The notes: generated by a model from the sequence alone, not told the origin. 64,000 nucleotides of DNA from an uncultured delta proteobacterium (GCA_963706575.1 CAVPNL010000009.1:128001-192000), one strand, 5' to 3'. Counted from the first letter of the stretch, positions 9,996 to 20,036 are shown. Program-made: numbers and translations.

Positions 9996-10027
9996 GCACT
10001 AAGATTTTCTATCAAAGGAGGTATTCT

Positions 10028-10813
10028 ATGGCCCCTGGGATCGATAAGCTCAGTCAATTTGCGATGGACGCTATTCATCAGGCCGGTGAAAAAGCGATGG
10101 CTTATTACGGCAAGGGCAAACCACAGGTGAAATTTGATCAAAGCGTGGTTACCGAGGCCGAAAATCAGCTGACCGATGTGTTTCAAAATCGGCTGGATCG
10201 GGAATTTCCCGAGCATCAGATTTTTCGTTTTGGCGAGGTAAACGAAGATTACTCCCATGGGCAAAAGCGGTACCTCTGGATATTTGACCCCCTCGAAGGG
10301 GTGGCCAATTTTCAGGCAGGCATTCCCATCTGGGGTATGTCCATTGCCTTATTGGATAATTTCTGGCCGATATTTGGTGTGTTTTACATGCCGGCCACCG
10401 GCGATTTGTTTCACGCCCGGGCAGGCAAAGACGCCTTCTGGGGCAGTGACAAGATTCGGATACCCAATGCCGATGTGATTGATAATGAAAGTCTTTTGTT
10501 GACCTATTCCCGATTCAACCAAAATTATCGGGCCACCTTTCCGGGTAAAATCCGATCTTTGGGGTGTGCATCCGCTCATATCTGTTACGTGGCCATGGGT
10601 CGCGCTGATGCCGCCATCACCACCAATGAGTCCTTTCAGGGATTGGCAGCCGCCCGGGTGATTTTAGAAGCCGCCGGCGGAAAAATCTGTAAATTTGATG
10701 GAAGCGATTTCCACCTCAATGAATACCTGGACGGACAACGCATCAGCGATCATCTTATCGTGGCTTCTCCGGAAAATCTTTCTCAGGTGAGAAGTTTTCT
10801 AAAACCGCAATAG
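10028..10813 (+). CDS. Inositol monophosphatase family protein (metal-binding motifs atypical)
   Basis: VVTEAE, FPEH, LWIFDPLEGVANF, RSLGCAS, VAMGRADA, ILEAAGG. Confidence 0.85.
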   Translation: MAPGIDKLSQFAMDAIHQAGEKAMAYYGKGKPQVKFDQSVVTEAENQLTDVFQNRLDREFPEHQIFRFGEVNEDYSHGQKRYLWIFDPLEGVANFQAGIPIWGMSIALLDNFWPIFGVFYMPATGDLFHARAGKDAFWGSDKIRIPNADVIDNESLLLTYSRFNQNYRATFPGKIRSLGCASAHICYVAMGRADAAITTNESFQGLAAARVILEAAGGKICKFDGSDFHLNEYLDGQRISDHLIVASPENLSQVRSFLKPQ

Positions 10814-10815
10814 CA

Positions 10816-10983
10816 GTGTCTGGTTTTGAGCGTTTAAAAGCGTTTATGAAGGCGAATGCAGACCTTCCTGCAGATGCGTTCGCGGATACATTTATCGAGC
10901 ATTTATTCAACGGGTCCGGCAAACGTCCAGAAAAAACCCTTGAGGACGATCTGACCCTAATCGTAGTAGACTATCAGCATTGA
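10816..10983 (+). pseudogene. C-terminal remnant of a PP2C/SpoIIE phosphatase
   Basis: GFERLKAFMKANADLPADAFADTFIEHLFNGSGKRPEKTLEDDLTLIVVDYQH*. Matches the G.ERL...DDLT terminus of the PP2C genes at 8106 and 61807. Confidence 0.75.
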
Positions 10984-11143
10984 GAAATGGTCAGAAAGCG
11001 AAGCGCAAATTATTAAATCAGGCGATGGCACAAATTAAATCCGAACGGAATTTACTCGAGAACGAATATATTCGCATTGTCTCATAGTCGATTTTAACGC
11101 TATCCTAAAAATGCAGCAATTCAAATGAGCTAACGCTTTGGGC

Positions 11144-11217
11144 CTCACGCAAAGGCGCCAAGGTTTTTTTTTGTTATTTAAATTATAATCTTTGCGGCTT
11201 AGCGGCTTTGCGTGAGC
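11144..11217. repeat. Nonamer-type inverted-repeat element (CACGCAAAG family)
   Basis: ctcacgcaaaggcgccaag ... ctttgcggcttagcggctttgcgtgag. Confidence 0.7.
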
Positions 11218-11646
11218 AATAATATAAAAATGGACCTTAAATTTAGGAAAATACCGAGGCCGATCTATCTCAGATACATTATGCTGAATATCCCGGGATT
11301 GGCGGCTGTTATTTTGATTTTGATTATTATTCAGCACTGGGTCGTGCTGCCGGGATGGCTTTTCTGGAGTGTTATCGGGTTTTGGGTTGTCAAAGACGCG
11401 CTGCTGTTTCCCTTTGTCTGGCGGGCCTATGATTGGGAGCGACCCGGCCGGTCCCGGTCGATGATCGGCGGGCGCGGGATTGCCAAAGAGCGACTGGCAC
11501 CAGCGGGATATGTACAGGTCCACGGAGAGCTCTGGCGAGCGGTTAAAATTAATGACGGGCCACCGATTGAAATGGGGCAGTCCGTCAAGATTGTAAAGAT
11601 GGACGGGCTGACGCTGTTTGTCGAGTCGGTAACGCCTGGTCAATAA
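11212..11646 (+). CDS. NfeD-like membrane protein (C-terminal OB domain)
   Basis: Two TM segments, then MIGGRG..L.P.GYVQVHGELWRA...V.IV..DGLTLFV. True start probably ATG at 11230, since the GTG lies in a repeat. Confidence 0.85.
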   Translation: MSNNIKMDLKFRKIPRPIYLRYIMLNIPGLAAVILILIIIQHWVVLPGWLFWSVIGFWVVKDALLFPFVWRAYDWERPGRSRSMIGGRGIAKERLAPAGYVQVHGELWRAVKINDGPPIEMGQSVKIVKMDGLTLFVESVTPGQ

Positions 11647-11678
11647 AATCCTAATTGAGCGGAAATCTGGAGGACAAC

Positions 11679-13103
11679 ATGAAGCGCTGGTTAAAGCGTA
11701 GTCTATTTGCTGTGGGGATTGCACTGATTATTTTACTGGTCGGCGCGGGCTGGTATCTGTCCGATACCCTTCCCATCGGCACAGGTCATACGGCCAAAAC
11801 CATCTGCTCCAATGTGTTTATCTCCGGGCGAGATGCGGCAGCCGTGTTTGAAGAAGACATTGCACCGATTCACTTTCTTTTTGCCTTAACGGATTTTAAA
11901 GTTGATCCGAATGAAAAATCCGTCAGTGCGGACTCTTTTGGTTTTGCTGAACGCACGGCTATTTACCGTGAAGGCCGCGGGTGTACGATTGTCAATGGCC
12001 TGATGGAAGATCAATTGAGGCAGCAAAAAATCGGCGACGTCAAACCTTTAAAATATTCACCTGAACAGCGCTCCAGGCGGCCATGGCCGGCCGGCAACCA
12101 TGGGCCGGTTGTATCTTTACCGGCGGGTGTCGATGCGGAAAAGCTCGCTAAGGCCATGGATGACGCTTTTGCCGAGCCCGGGCCCCAAAACAAGCGAAAG
12201 ACCCGCGCGGTGGTGGTGGTTTACAACGGCCAGCTGATTGCGGAACGTTATGCGCCCGGATTCGACCACAACACGCGTCAGTTGGGCTGGTCAATGAGCA
12301 AAAGCGTCACCAATGCCCTGGTGGGCATGCTGGTGCAACAGGGCAAGCTTGAACTGAACAGCCCGGCACCGGTACCCGAATGGCAAAAGGCAAACGACCC
12401 GCGCCAAAAAATTACCCTGGACCAGTTGTTGCGCATGAGCGCAGGGTTGGAGTTTAGCGAAGAATATGCGCCATTTTCCGATGCGGTGTATATGTTTTAC
12501 GATAGCTATGATTTTGCAGCCTATGCGGCAAATAAGCCGCTGGAAACCGAGCCCGACAAAAAATGGCACTACTCCAGTGGCTCGGCCAATATTGTTGCCC
12601 GGATCGTCCGGCAGACCATCGAAAAGGCGCATGAAAATTATTACGAATACCTCTACCAGAAGTTATTTCATAAAATTGAAATGCTCAGTATTGTGATGGA
12701 ACCGGATCCCTCCGGTACCTTTGTCGGCTCTTCTTATATGTTTGCGACTCCCAGAGACTGGGCGCGGTTCGGACTCTTGTATTTGCAGGACGGTGTTTGG
12801 AATGGAGAGCGGATTCTGCCCGTAGGCTGGGTGAAATATACCATCACACCCACATCCCGGGCGCCTCAGGGTGAATACGGGGCTTTGTTCTGGCTTAATG
12901 CCGGCGCGCCATCCGACGCATCCGATCGCATGATGGCTTCAGTACCGACGGATACCTTTTTTGCCCGGGGCTTCCAGGAACAGTGTGTATTTGTTGTTCC
13001 ATCGAAAAATCTGGTTTTGGTACGACTTGGCGCCACCTCTGATAAAAGTGCCTGGAATGATGAAGCGTTTGTTGCCGGTATGTTGGCGGCGTTACCGGAA
13101 TAG
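11679..13103 (+). CDS. Serine hydrolase, beta-lactamase class C-like family
   Basis: N-terminal TM/signal, WSMSKS (SxxK), LLRMSAG, WHYSSG, TPRDWARFGLLYLQDG. ATG at 11679 has RBS ggagg. Confidence 0.9.
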   Translation: MKRWLKRSLFAVGIALIILLVGAGWYLSDTLPIGTGHTAKTICSNVFISGRDAAAVFEEDIAPIHFLFALTDFKVDPNEKSVSADSFGFAERTAIYREGRGCTIVNGLMEDQLRQQKIGDVKPLKYSPEQRSRRPWPAGNHGPVVSLPAGVDAEKLAKAMDDAFAEPGPQNKRKTRAVVVVYNGQLIAERYAPGFDHNTRQLGWSMSKSVTNALVGMLVQQGKLELNSPAPVPEWQKANDPRQKITLDQLLRMSAGLEFSEEYAPFSDAVYMFYDSYDFAAYAANKPLETEPDKKWHYSSGSANIVARIVRQTIEKAHENYYEYLYQKLFHKIEMLSIVMEPDPSGTFVGSSYMFATPRDWARFGLLYLQDGVWNGERILPVGWVKYTITPTSRAPQGEYGALFWLNAGAPSDASDRMMASVPTDTFFARGFQEQCVFVVPSKNLVLVRLGATSDKSAWNDEAFVAGMLAALPE

Positions 13104-13245
13104 GCTTTAATGTTTTTGCCTTGCTAAATGGCTGCGATTTATTTTGGACACCAATAAATTTGTGCTATAATTACAAGATACGCATGGTTTGTCTTGCCCC
13201 TTACCTCTTTGACGGTTAGCCTATCGTTACCGTGACGGCCGGGTT

Positions 13246-15156
13246 TTGATTATGGACACGGATTCAGCCGACAACCCGAAAATTATCGATTGCCCTCAAT
13301 GTCACATCAAAAATCCCATTGAGTCTGATATTTGTTATAACTGCGGCGCCCCTTTGCATGAACATGAGACGCCGGAAAAAAAAGCCGGACGCCCCTGGCT
13401 TGCGGTTGTCGTGTTTGTCCTTTTTGTCGTGGGCCTGCTTTATTTTTATTATCGTCCCGACAGCACCCCTGCACCATCGTCCCAATCAAATCTTATTTCC
13501 CCCAAAACCCCGGCGACGCCACCCCCCATGCAAACCCGCTTACCCGAGAAGGCTTCCGTTGTTAAAGCCGTTACTGAAACTGAAGCCGATGCCGAAGCGA
13601 TCAATATTCCGATCGGACTGCTGCGGATCAGGGATGTCGCCGGCCATCTGCTTTCGGAAATCATGGTGCCGTTGGTTGGCAGCGGCTGGGTCGCGCTGCC
13701 CACCCGGGAAAGTATCGGCGGTTCCAGCTGGGTACTTCAGATGAGTGCGGGAGGTTCGCAGACGATTGAAGGCGGCATCATAAACGATTTGGATCAAATC
13801 AGCCTGTGGCGGATCCCGGAAGATCAGAGTCTTGAAAGCCCCGAGCTTTTTCCCTGGTCTGCGGGCAAGCCGCTGACATGGCTGGCGCTCAGATCCCAGG
13901 TTCCGCCGCAGCCGTTAGAGATCGGCGGTATCGGCAGACAGGGAAATTTTTATAAAGGTTCCTTAGCGGGTGATATAAACGATGCCGGCGTGTTTATTCA
14001 GGATGGCCGTGTGGTGGGCTGGACATTCGGCGATTTCATCGACGGTGCATTTTTGTGGGCCGGCGATGTGGGTCGTAATCTTAAAGCCGAAATCCGGGTC
14101 GATGATTATTATCGACTAACCTTCGCCAACGGCCGGGAAGAAGAGTTCGTACGGGCACTTGCCATGGGAGATGACTACTCGAATTTAGATCGCCTGGCAG
14201 CGTTTGCCAGGGCCTTCCGGATCGATCCCAGACTCTCTGCCGACCGGACGCCTGACTATCTGAAACCCGAGGCGGTGATTAGCCAAATGCGGTTACTGCT
14301 TGCGCGCGCGGTTCAAGAAGGATTTGGATTTCAGGCGGCCAGTTATTTTGATGCCGAGGTGCTCGCTCAGGCAGAAGATATCTCCTTGATGTCGGAGGTG
14401 GTTATTTTGACTGCAGAAAGGCTTGGTCTGGAAGAGGCGGTCAATTTAACGGAAAACGTTATCGAGGATTTGGAGCCGAAAAGCAACCGTGAAAAAACGC
14501 AGTTAAATGAACTTCATTCCGGTCTTTATCAAAACTGGCTAAATGCGCTGCTTGAAGACGGAGATATTCAGGATGCCTGGCGGGTTTATGAACGCGGCGG
14601 CCGGCAGCGGCCGGATGATCTCAACATTCATCTGTTTGGCGTAAAACTGGCCCTGGTCGAAGACGACTGGGAAACGGCGGAAAGGCTTTTGGCGGCCAAA
14701 GATTATCCTGCGGCTCTCAGGGACCAGGTCAGAAGCCTGCAGTCGCAGATTTCCGAACTGAAAGGGCAACAGGGAAAGATTCTCATCCGCTTTGCACCGG
14801 GCACCCGCCAAATACCGGTGACCGCCTCGATCAATCAGGCAACCTCACAGGAATTTATCGTTGATACGGGTGCATCGATGGTCACCATACCATATTCGAC
14901 CGCCAGAATTCTTGGCATCGTCATATCGGTTCGAAATCCGCGCCGCAAGATCTTTACGGCCAGCGGTGAGCTTTATGCGCCTGAAGTCGTACTGGATTCA
15001 ATCACTTTAGAGGGTTACGAGACCTATAATGTAAGAGCACTGGTGATGGATATTCCCAATCAACCCGGTTTGGGCCTGCTGGGCTTAAATTATCTGCGCC
15101 GCTTCAGAATGGATCTCAATACGGATGACGGGCTGTTGATGTTGGCACCTAAATAA
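13246..15156 (+). CDS. Zinc-ribbon + TM + repeat region + C-terminal retropepsin-like aspartic protease
   Basis: CPQC..CYNCG, TM (WLAVVVFVLFVVGLLYFYY), Pro-rich linker, helical region, FIVDTGAS, LLGLNYL. Confidence 0.82.
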   Translation: MIMDTDSADNPKIIDCPQCHIKNPIESDICYNCGAPLHEHETPEKKAGRPWLAVVVFVLFVVGLLYFYYRPDSTPAPSSQSNLISPKTPATPPPMQTRLPEKASVVKAVTETEADAEAINIPIGLLRIRDVAGHLLSEIMVPLVGSGWVALPTRESIGGSSWVLQMSAGGSQTIEGGIINDLDQISLWRIPEDQSLESPELFPWSAGKPLTWLALRSQVPPQPLEIGGIGRQGNFYKGSLAGDINDAGVFIQDGRVVGWTFGDFIDGAFLWAGDVGRNLKAEIRVDDYYRLTFANGREEEFVRALAMGDDYSNLDRLAAFARAFRIDPRLSADRTPDYLKPEAVISQMRLLLARAVQEGFGFQAASYFDAEVLAQAEDISLMSEVVILTAERLGLEEAVNLTENVIEDLEPKSNREKTQLNELHSGLYQNWLNALLEDGDIQDAWRVYERGGRQRPDDLNIHLFGVKLALVEDDWETAERLLAAKDYPAALRDQVRSLQSQISELKGQQGKILIRFAPGTRQIPVTASINQATSQEFIVDTGASMVTIPYSTARILGIVISVRNPRRKIFTASGELYAPEVVLDSITLEGYETYNVRALVMDIPNQPGLGLLGLNYLRRFRMDLNTDDGLLMLAPK

Positions 15157-15180
15157 AATACCATGAAAAACGTTAATCTT

Positions 15181-15341
15181 GATGGTCTCGTAAAAAGTCA
15201 GAAAAACGATCTTTTACGAGAGTGTTTAGTATTTGGTGTTTAGTGTTTAGAATTCTAAAAAATTGATATAACGTCATATACGTTATACTAAACACAAAAC
15301 ACGAAACACCTGATGAATTCGACTTTTTAACGAATTCATCA
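15181..15341. mobile_element. MITE-like element with imperfect TIRs and nested heptamer repeats
   Basis: gatggtctcgtaaaaagtc ... gactttttaacgaattcatc; internal gtgtttagtatttggtgtttag / actaaacacaaaacacgaaacac. Confidence 0.6.
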
Positions 15342-15351
15342 TTCTTATACT

Positions 15352-15948
15352 TTAAAAGTCTTCGATAACGCTTCCTCTTTTCACATAATTTTCAATATGA
15401 CTCTGGGAATTTACCAGGGAATGCATGGCCGTTTCGAACTTGGCATAAACCGGATCGTCTTCACCCAGCAGCGATTGCGCCTTTTGCAGGATTTTCAACC
15501 CCTGTGCCAGATGGGCATTGATATCATTTAATATCGCCTTGCGCTTGCTGTGTCTTTCCCGTTCTTTTGCAATTACCGGCAGCAATCGCTGAATCGAATA
15601 CTCCACCAGGGCGTCCCGCGGTGCATTGAATTGTCGCGATGTTTGTTCCAGACAGGACAGCGTACGCCGGCTGACCACAAAAGTTTTTTGAACCCGTTCC
15701 AGGGCGTCAAACACGTCATCTTCGATTTCGTTTGCAATGACATTTAACGACTGCACATCCTCGATCAAATGATCAAAGAGCGATTTTTGTTTGATTCCCA
15801 GCTGCGTGGCCACGATGCTGAGAACGTCAATGGCCCGGGCGGATAACTTAAAGGTTGCACGAACCGATTGCCGGCCCCTTAAGTCAGCCGGTGACGGCAA
15901 TGGTAAGGTTATTTCTTGAAACGTTGAATTTTCACTCTTTTTTGCCAT
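15352..15948 (-). CDS. Hypothetical protein with two predicted ribbon-helix-helix repeats and a coiled coil
   Basis: SVRATFKLSARAIDVLSIVATQLGIKQKSLFDHLI and RVQKTFVVSRRTLSCLEQTSRQFNAPRDALVEYSI. RBS aggcagg. Confidence 0.75.
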   Translation of the reverse strand: MAKKSENSTFQEITLPLPSPADLRGRQSVRATFKLSARAIDVLSIVATQLGIKQKSLFDHLIEDVQSLNVIANEIEDDVFDALERVQKTFVVSRRTLSCLEQTSRQFNAPRDALVEYSIQRLLPVIAKERERHSKRKAILNDINAHLAQGLKILQKAQSLLGEDDPVYAKFETAMHSLVNSQSHIENYVKRGSVIEDF

Positions 15949-16061
15949 TTTGCCCTGCCTTTTCGTTTTTTAGCATAGTCTTACAAGTTTCATTACTTTA
16001 TTCCATATATTATTATTAATAATATTGCAATATGCTTATTTCAAGCAATAAGCATAAGGTT

Positions 16062-16255
16062 TCAGGTCACAGAATACAGGACTGAGGACTGAGTGCTGAG
16101 GTCTGAGGGATATTGAAATAAAAAGGGAAAAAATAGTCCCGCCAGCCCATGCCGGAAAACGACCCCCCTTCGCTGAAGCTTCGGCGCGGCAAGCAATTCT
16201 TGGCAGAAAACACCTGCCGTCGCATAGCTATGGCGCGTGCGGGATTGAAAGGGCG
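16062..16255. repeat. Dispersed repeat of about 190 bp, homologous to 42018-42200, carrying hairpin inserts
   Basis: ggactgagga..ctgagtgctgaggtctgagg..gaaata..gccagc.catg.cggaaaacgac..ttgaaaggg shared with the 42 kb copy. Confidence 0.75.
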
Positions 16256-16991
16256 TTATTGAAAGCGGTCGTAAGTCGCCTGGTACTGCATTTGATCGAT
16301 ATAGGCGTATCGTCTCAGGGCATCTAAAATCCAGCGGGCTTTCCATTTCAGCCAATCGTCATTTTCGGTGGGATTGATTTTTAGCGGTTGCGGGATGACG
16401 GCCACCAAACGAACCATTTCCTCCAGTGTTAGCTGGTCAACTGTTTTGTGGAAATAATTTTGTGAGGACGGCCTCCACCCCGAATACCCCCGGTCCCCAT
16501 TCGATAACATTGAGGTAAAGGGTGAAGATCCGATCCTTGCTTAAATTGCGTTCCAGGCTTATGCTAATCAATAATTCTTTTATTTTTCGAATGACGCTTT
16601 TTTCAGTGGACAGGTAAAGATTCTTAGCCAGTTGCTGGGTAATGGTGCTGGCACCGCGCACATATTCCCCTTTTTTCCAATTTTTTTTAAGCGCTTCTTT
16701 TAATTCAGCAAAATCCACACCTTTGTGTTGATAAAAGCTGGCATCTTCCGTAATCCGGACCGTTTCACGCAGCAGCTTCGGTATGGCTTCAAAATCAATC
16801 CATTGCTGTCGGATTCTGAACTTCTGGTCGGTTTTCTTCGCCTCGCGATAGCGCTGTACCATTAATGCTGTGCTTCGGGGATTTTTAATTTTTAATCCGC
16901 TGACGTCCGGCAAACTCAGATAAAAATAAAAACCCGCGGTAACCAAAACCGATAGGATTACAATACCGATTATTTTAAAAGCTGCTTTCAT
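16256..16991 (-). pseudogene. mtgA: Monofunctional peptidoglycan transglycosylase, frameshifted near 16468
   Basis: GT51 motifs TEDASFYQHKGVD, RGASTITQQLAKNL, RKIKE, YLNVIEWG. The reading continues SQNYFHK...IPQP in another frame. Removing one nt at about 16468 restores GVEAASQNYF. Confidence 0.85.
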
Positions 16992-17014
16992 GCAAGATTC
17001 AGGTATTAATATTT

Positions 17015-17138
17015 TACCACAGAGGGCACAGTCTTCGACCCTGAGCTCAGACCGAAGGGAGACCACAGAGTAAGAATTCAAAACAGATAGAGCCACTATT
17101 AATATTTAAAATATAATCTCTGTGTGCTCTGTGGTGAA
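17015..17138. repeat. Nonamer-periodic inverted-repeat element with a 28-nt insert (17032-17059)
   Basis: accacagagggcacag[tcttcgaccctgagctcagaccgaaggg]agaccacagag ... ctctgtgtgctctgtggtgaa. Confidence 0.75.
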
Positions 17139-17195
17139 TAAAGTTTACAAGATATTAAATAGCTCGATTTTTGCCTGAAAGAAAGATTTTTTTTA

Positions 17196-17236
17196 AAGGA
17201 AAGGGCGGTGCTCGCATTGTGAGCACCGCCTTTTTT
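17196..17236. terminator. Rho-independent terminator downstream of dnaK
   Basis: aaaggaaagggcggtgctc gcattgt gagcaccgcc tttttt. Confidence 0.75.
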
Positions 17237-17262
17237 GCGATATCTTTCACGAAACTTTCGGA

Positions 17263-19182
17263 TCAGTTAACTTCCTCATACTCGGCATCGACTACCTCTT
17301 CCCCGTTATTAGACGCTCTATCGGCAGCGGAATTATGTACACCGTCTGCAGAGGCGTCATAAGGTTGTCCCTGCTGCGAAGCCTGTTGATATGCTGAGGC
17401 CGCCAGCTTATGGGCTATCTGAGTCAATGTTTCCGTCAGGCGTTTGATTTCCGCAATGTTTTCGCCTTCGATTTCACGCTTGAGGCTGGCAACTGTCTGC
17501 TCGACTTCGACCCTTGTACCGCTGTCCACCTTTTCACCCAATTCGCGAAGGGTTTTTTCGGTGGCGTATATCAGGGCATCGGCTGAATTGCGGGCTTCCG
17601 CCAGGACTCTTTTATTCTTATCTTCTTCCGCATGAAGCTCGGCGTCTTTCACCAGTCGATCGATTTCATCCCGGGATAAACCCGAAGAGTGGGTGATGCG
17701 AATCGACTGCTGTTTGCCGGTGGCGGTATCCCTGGCAGATACTTCCACAATCCCATTGGCATCGATATCGAAGGTCACCTCAATCTGAGGGGTCCCGCGG
17801 GGTGCCGGGGCAATACCCGTCAACTCAAAGCGCCCTAATGATTTGTTGCCGGAAGCCATTTCACGCTCGCCCTGAAGCACGTGAATCGACACTGCCGGCT
17901 GATTGTCTTCGGCAGTTGAAAAAACTTCACTCTTTTTGGCCGGAATGGTGGTATTTTTATCAATCAGCCGGGTCATCACACCGCCCAGGGTTTCAATGCC
18001 CAGAGAAAGCGGTGTAACATCAAGCAGCAGTACATCCTCCAGATCGCCTTTTAGAACGCCGCCCTGGATGGCCGCTCCCATGGCAACAACCTCATCGGGA
18101 TTGACCCCCTTGTTGGGTTCTTTGACAAAGATGCCTTTAACCCGCTGCTGAACAGCCGGCATGCGGGTCATGCCGCCCACCAGAATAACCTCATTGATAT
18201 CTGTCGCAGAAAGACCGGCATCCTTTAATGCCACGCGGCACGGTTGTTCAAGGTTATCCAGCAAATCGCTGACGAGGCCTTCGAACTTGGCACGGGTGAT
18301 CTTTAAATTCAGATGTTTGGGGCCGCTGGCGTCTGCGGTGATAAAGGGCAGATTGACGTCGGTCTGAACCGAGGTGGACAATTCAATCTTGGCCTTTTCA
18401 GCGGCTTCTTTTAACCGCTGCAGGGCCATTTTATCATTTCGCAGATCGATTCCCTGATCCTTTTTAAATTCATCGGCCAGGTAATCAATGAGTTTCAGGT
18501 CAAAATCTTCACCCCCTAAATGGGTGTCCCCATTTGTGGCTTTTACCTCAAAAACACCGTCGCCGATTTCAAGAATCGATACGTCGAAGGTACCGCCGCC
18601 CAGGTCAAACACCACGATTTTCTCATCGGTTTTCTTATCCAGACCATAGGCCAAGGCGGCTGCGGTGGGCTCATTGACAATGCGCAATACATTCAGCCCG
18701 GCAATTTTGCCGGCATCTTTAGTGGCCTGCCGCTGACTGTCGCTAAAGTAGGCCGGAACCGTAATTACCGCATCCGTAATCGTTTCACCCAGATACTCTT
18801 CAGCCGTCTTTTTGATATTGGCCAGAATAAAAGATGAAATTTCCGCGGGGCTGTGTATTTTTCCCCGCAGGCGAATCCCAACGTCACCGTTGGCTGCCTT
18901 TTCAATTTTATAAGGTAAAACCGGGATGTCCTTTTGCACTTCCGCCGAGTCATATTTACGGCCGATCAGGCGTTTAATTCCAAAAACCGTGTTTTCGGGA
19001 TTGGTGACCGCCTGTCTTTTGGCAATTTGCCCAACCAGGCGCTCTTGGTTATCTGTAATGGCCACCATCGAGGGGGTTGTGCGACCGCCTTCCGGGTTGG
19101 CAATAATTTTTGCATCGCCGCCTTCCATAATTGCGACGCAAGAGTTGGTCGTTCCAAGGTCAATTCCGATAATTTTGCTCAT
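17263..19182 (-). CDS. dnaK: Molecular chaperone DnaK
   Basis: [72 protein letters not shown]. Confidence 0.98.
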   Translation of the reverse strand: MSKIIGIDLGTTNSCVAIMEGGDAKIIANPEGGRTTPSMVAITDNQERLVGQIAKRQAVTNPENTVFGIKRLIGRKYDSAEVQKDIPVLPYKIEKAANGDVGIRLRGKIHSPAEISSFILANIKKTAEEYLGETITDAVITVPAYFSDSQRQATKDAGKIAGLNVLRIVNEPTAAALAYGLDKKTDEKIVVFDLGGGTFDVSILEIGDGVFEVKATNGDTHLGGEDFDLKLIDYLADEFKKDQGIDLRNDKMALQRLKEAAEKAKIELSTSVQTDVNLPFITADASGPKHLNLKITRAKFEGLVSDLLDNLEQPCRVALKDAGLSATDINEVILVGGMTRMPAVQQRVKGIFVKEPNKGVNPDEVVAMGAAIQGGVLKGDLEDVLLLDVTPLSLGIETLGGVMTRLIDKNTTIPAKKSEVFSTAEDNQPAVSIHVLQGEREMASGNKSLGRFELTGIAPAPRGTPQIEVTFDIDANGIVEVSARDTATGKQQSIRITHSSGLSRDEIDRLVKDAELHAEEDKNKRVLAEARNSADALIYATEKTLRELGEKVDSGTRVEVEQTVASLKREIEGENIAEIKRLTETLTQIAHKLAASAYQQASQQGQPYDASADGVHNSAADRASNNGEEVVDAEYEEVN

Positions 19183-19441
19183 GACAAATTCCTCCTTAAG
19201 TTAATTATTTTTATTTAGATTAAGGTTATAATCCTGTTTAACCGCCGCGTGCCTCCCACAGCCGCACGGTGTTTTCAACAGCTGTTTTTCATTACTAAAT
19301 GATAATACTTATTTTAAGTAATGCAATAAAAAAGATAATTAAATTATTGACAATAACAAAATAATATTTATCTTAATGATCAGAAAAAGGAATATTAGTA
19401 TTTAAAGTCAAACATTCAATTAATTTAAGGAGGATTATAAA

Positions 19442-19888
19442 ATGATGAACTTAGTCAGATTGAATCCCTGGGGAGAGATGAACGCGTTGCCGCATCGATT
19501 GAATCACCTGTTTGCTGATTCTTTTTTCCAGCCCAGTCGATCAGAAGATGAGTTGAGCCTGGGTACCTGGCATCCGGTGGTGGATATGTATGATGAGGAT
19601 GACAGAATTGTCATCAAAGCGGAACTTCCCGGTATGGAAAAAAAGGACATTTCAGTTGAGGTGAAAGATCAGGTTTTGACCCTTAGGGGCGAGCGCAACC
19701 ATGACAATGAGATCAAAGAGGAAAAATACTATCGCCGCGAAAGGACCTACGGAAAATTCCAGCGCGCCTTCAGCTTGCCGGCTGATGTGAATTCGGACAA
19801 TATCACAGCCGATTTTAAGGACGGCTTGCTGAAAATTGAAGTGCCCAAGCCTGAGAAGCAAAAACCCAAAGAAATTACAGTTCACTAA
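19442..19888 (+). CDS. Hsp20/alpha-crystallin small heat shock protein
   Basis: P.VDMY, AELPGM, LTLRGER, ERTYGKFQRAFSLP, A.FKDGLL.I.VPK. Confidence 0.95.
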   Translation: MMNLVRLNPWGEMNALPHRLNHLFADSFFQPSRSEDELSLGTWHPVVDMYDEDDRIVIKAELPGMEKKDISVEVKDQVLTLRGERNHDNEIKEEKYYRRERTYGKFQRAFSLPADVNSDNITADFKDGLLKIEVPKPEKQKPKEITVH

Positions 19889-19937
19889 ACGCGTTATCTT
19901 TCGAGTAAATCGTTGACCACCAAATCTTAACAAATAG

Positions 19938-19975
19938 AAATAGGGCGACGGAATCGTCGCCCTATTTTTTTATTT
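19938..19975 (+). terminator. Rho-independent terminator after hsp20
   Basis: aaatagggcgacg gaat cgtcgccctattt followed by a T run. Confidence 0.85.
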
Positions 19976-20036
19976 AAACAGGCTATGCAATGCTTCTAAA
20001 TTGTTTTATATTATATGTCTGGCATAAAAGCATAAA

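Noticed and set aside
11035..11724. 229-aa minus-strand ORF
   Set aside because: Antisense shadow of the NfeD gene with no domain features.
16992..17096. N-terminal extension of mtgA (MALSVLNSYSVVSLRSELRVEDCALCG)
   Set aside because: It is the translation of the nonamer repeat and its insert. ATG 16991 begins a normal TM anchor.
19183..19441. CIRCE or sigma32 promoter for dnaK/hsp20
   Set aside because: No TTAGCACTC-N9-GAGTGCTAA and no CCCCAT -10 element seen.
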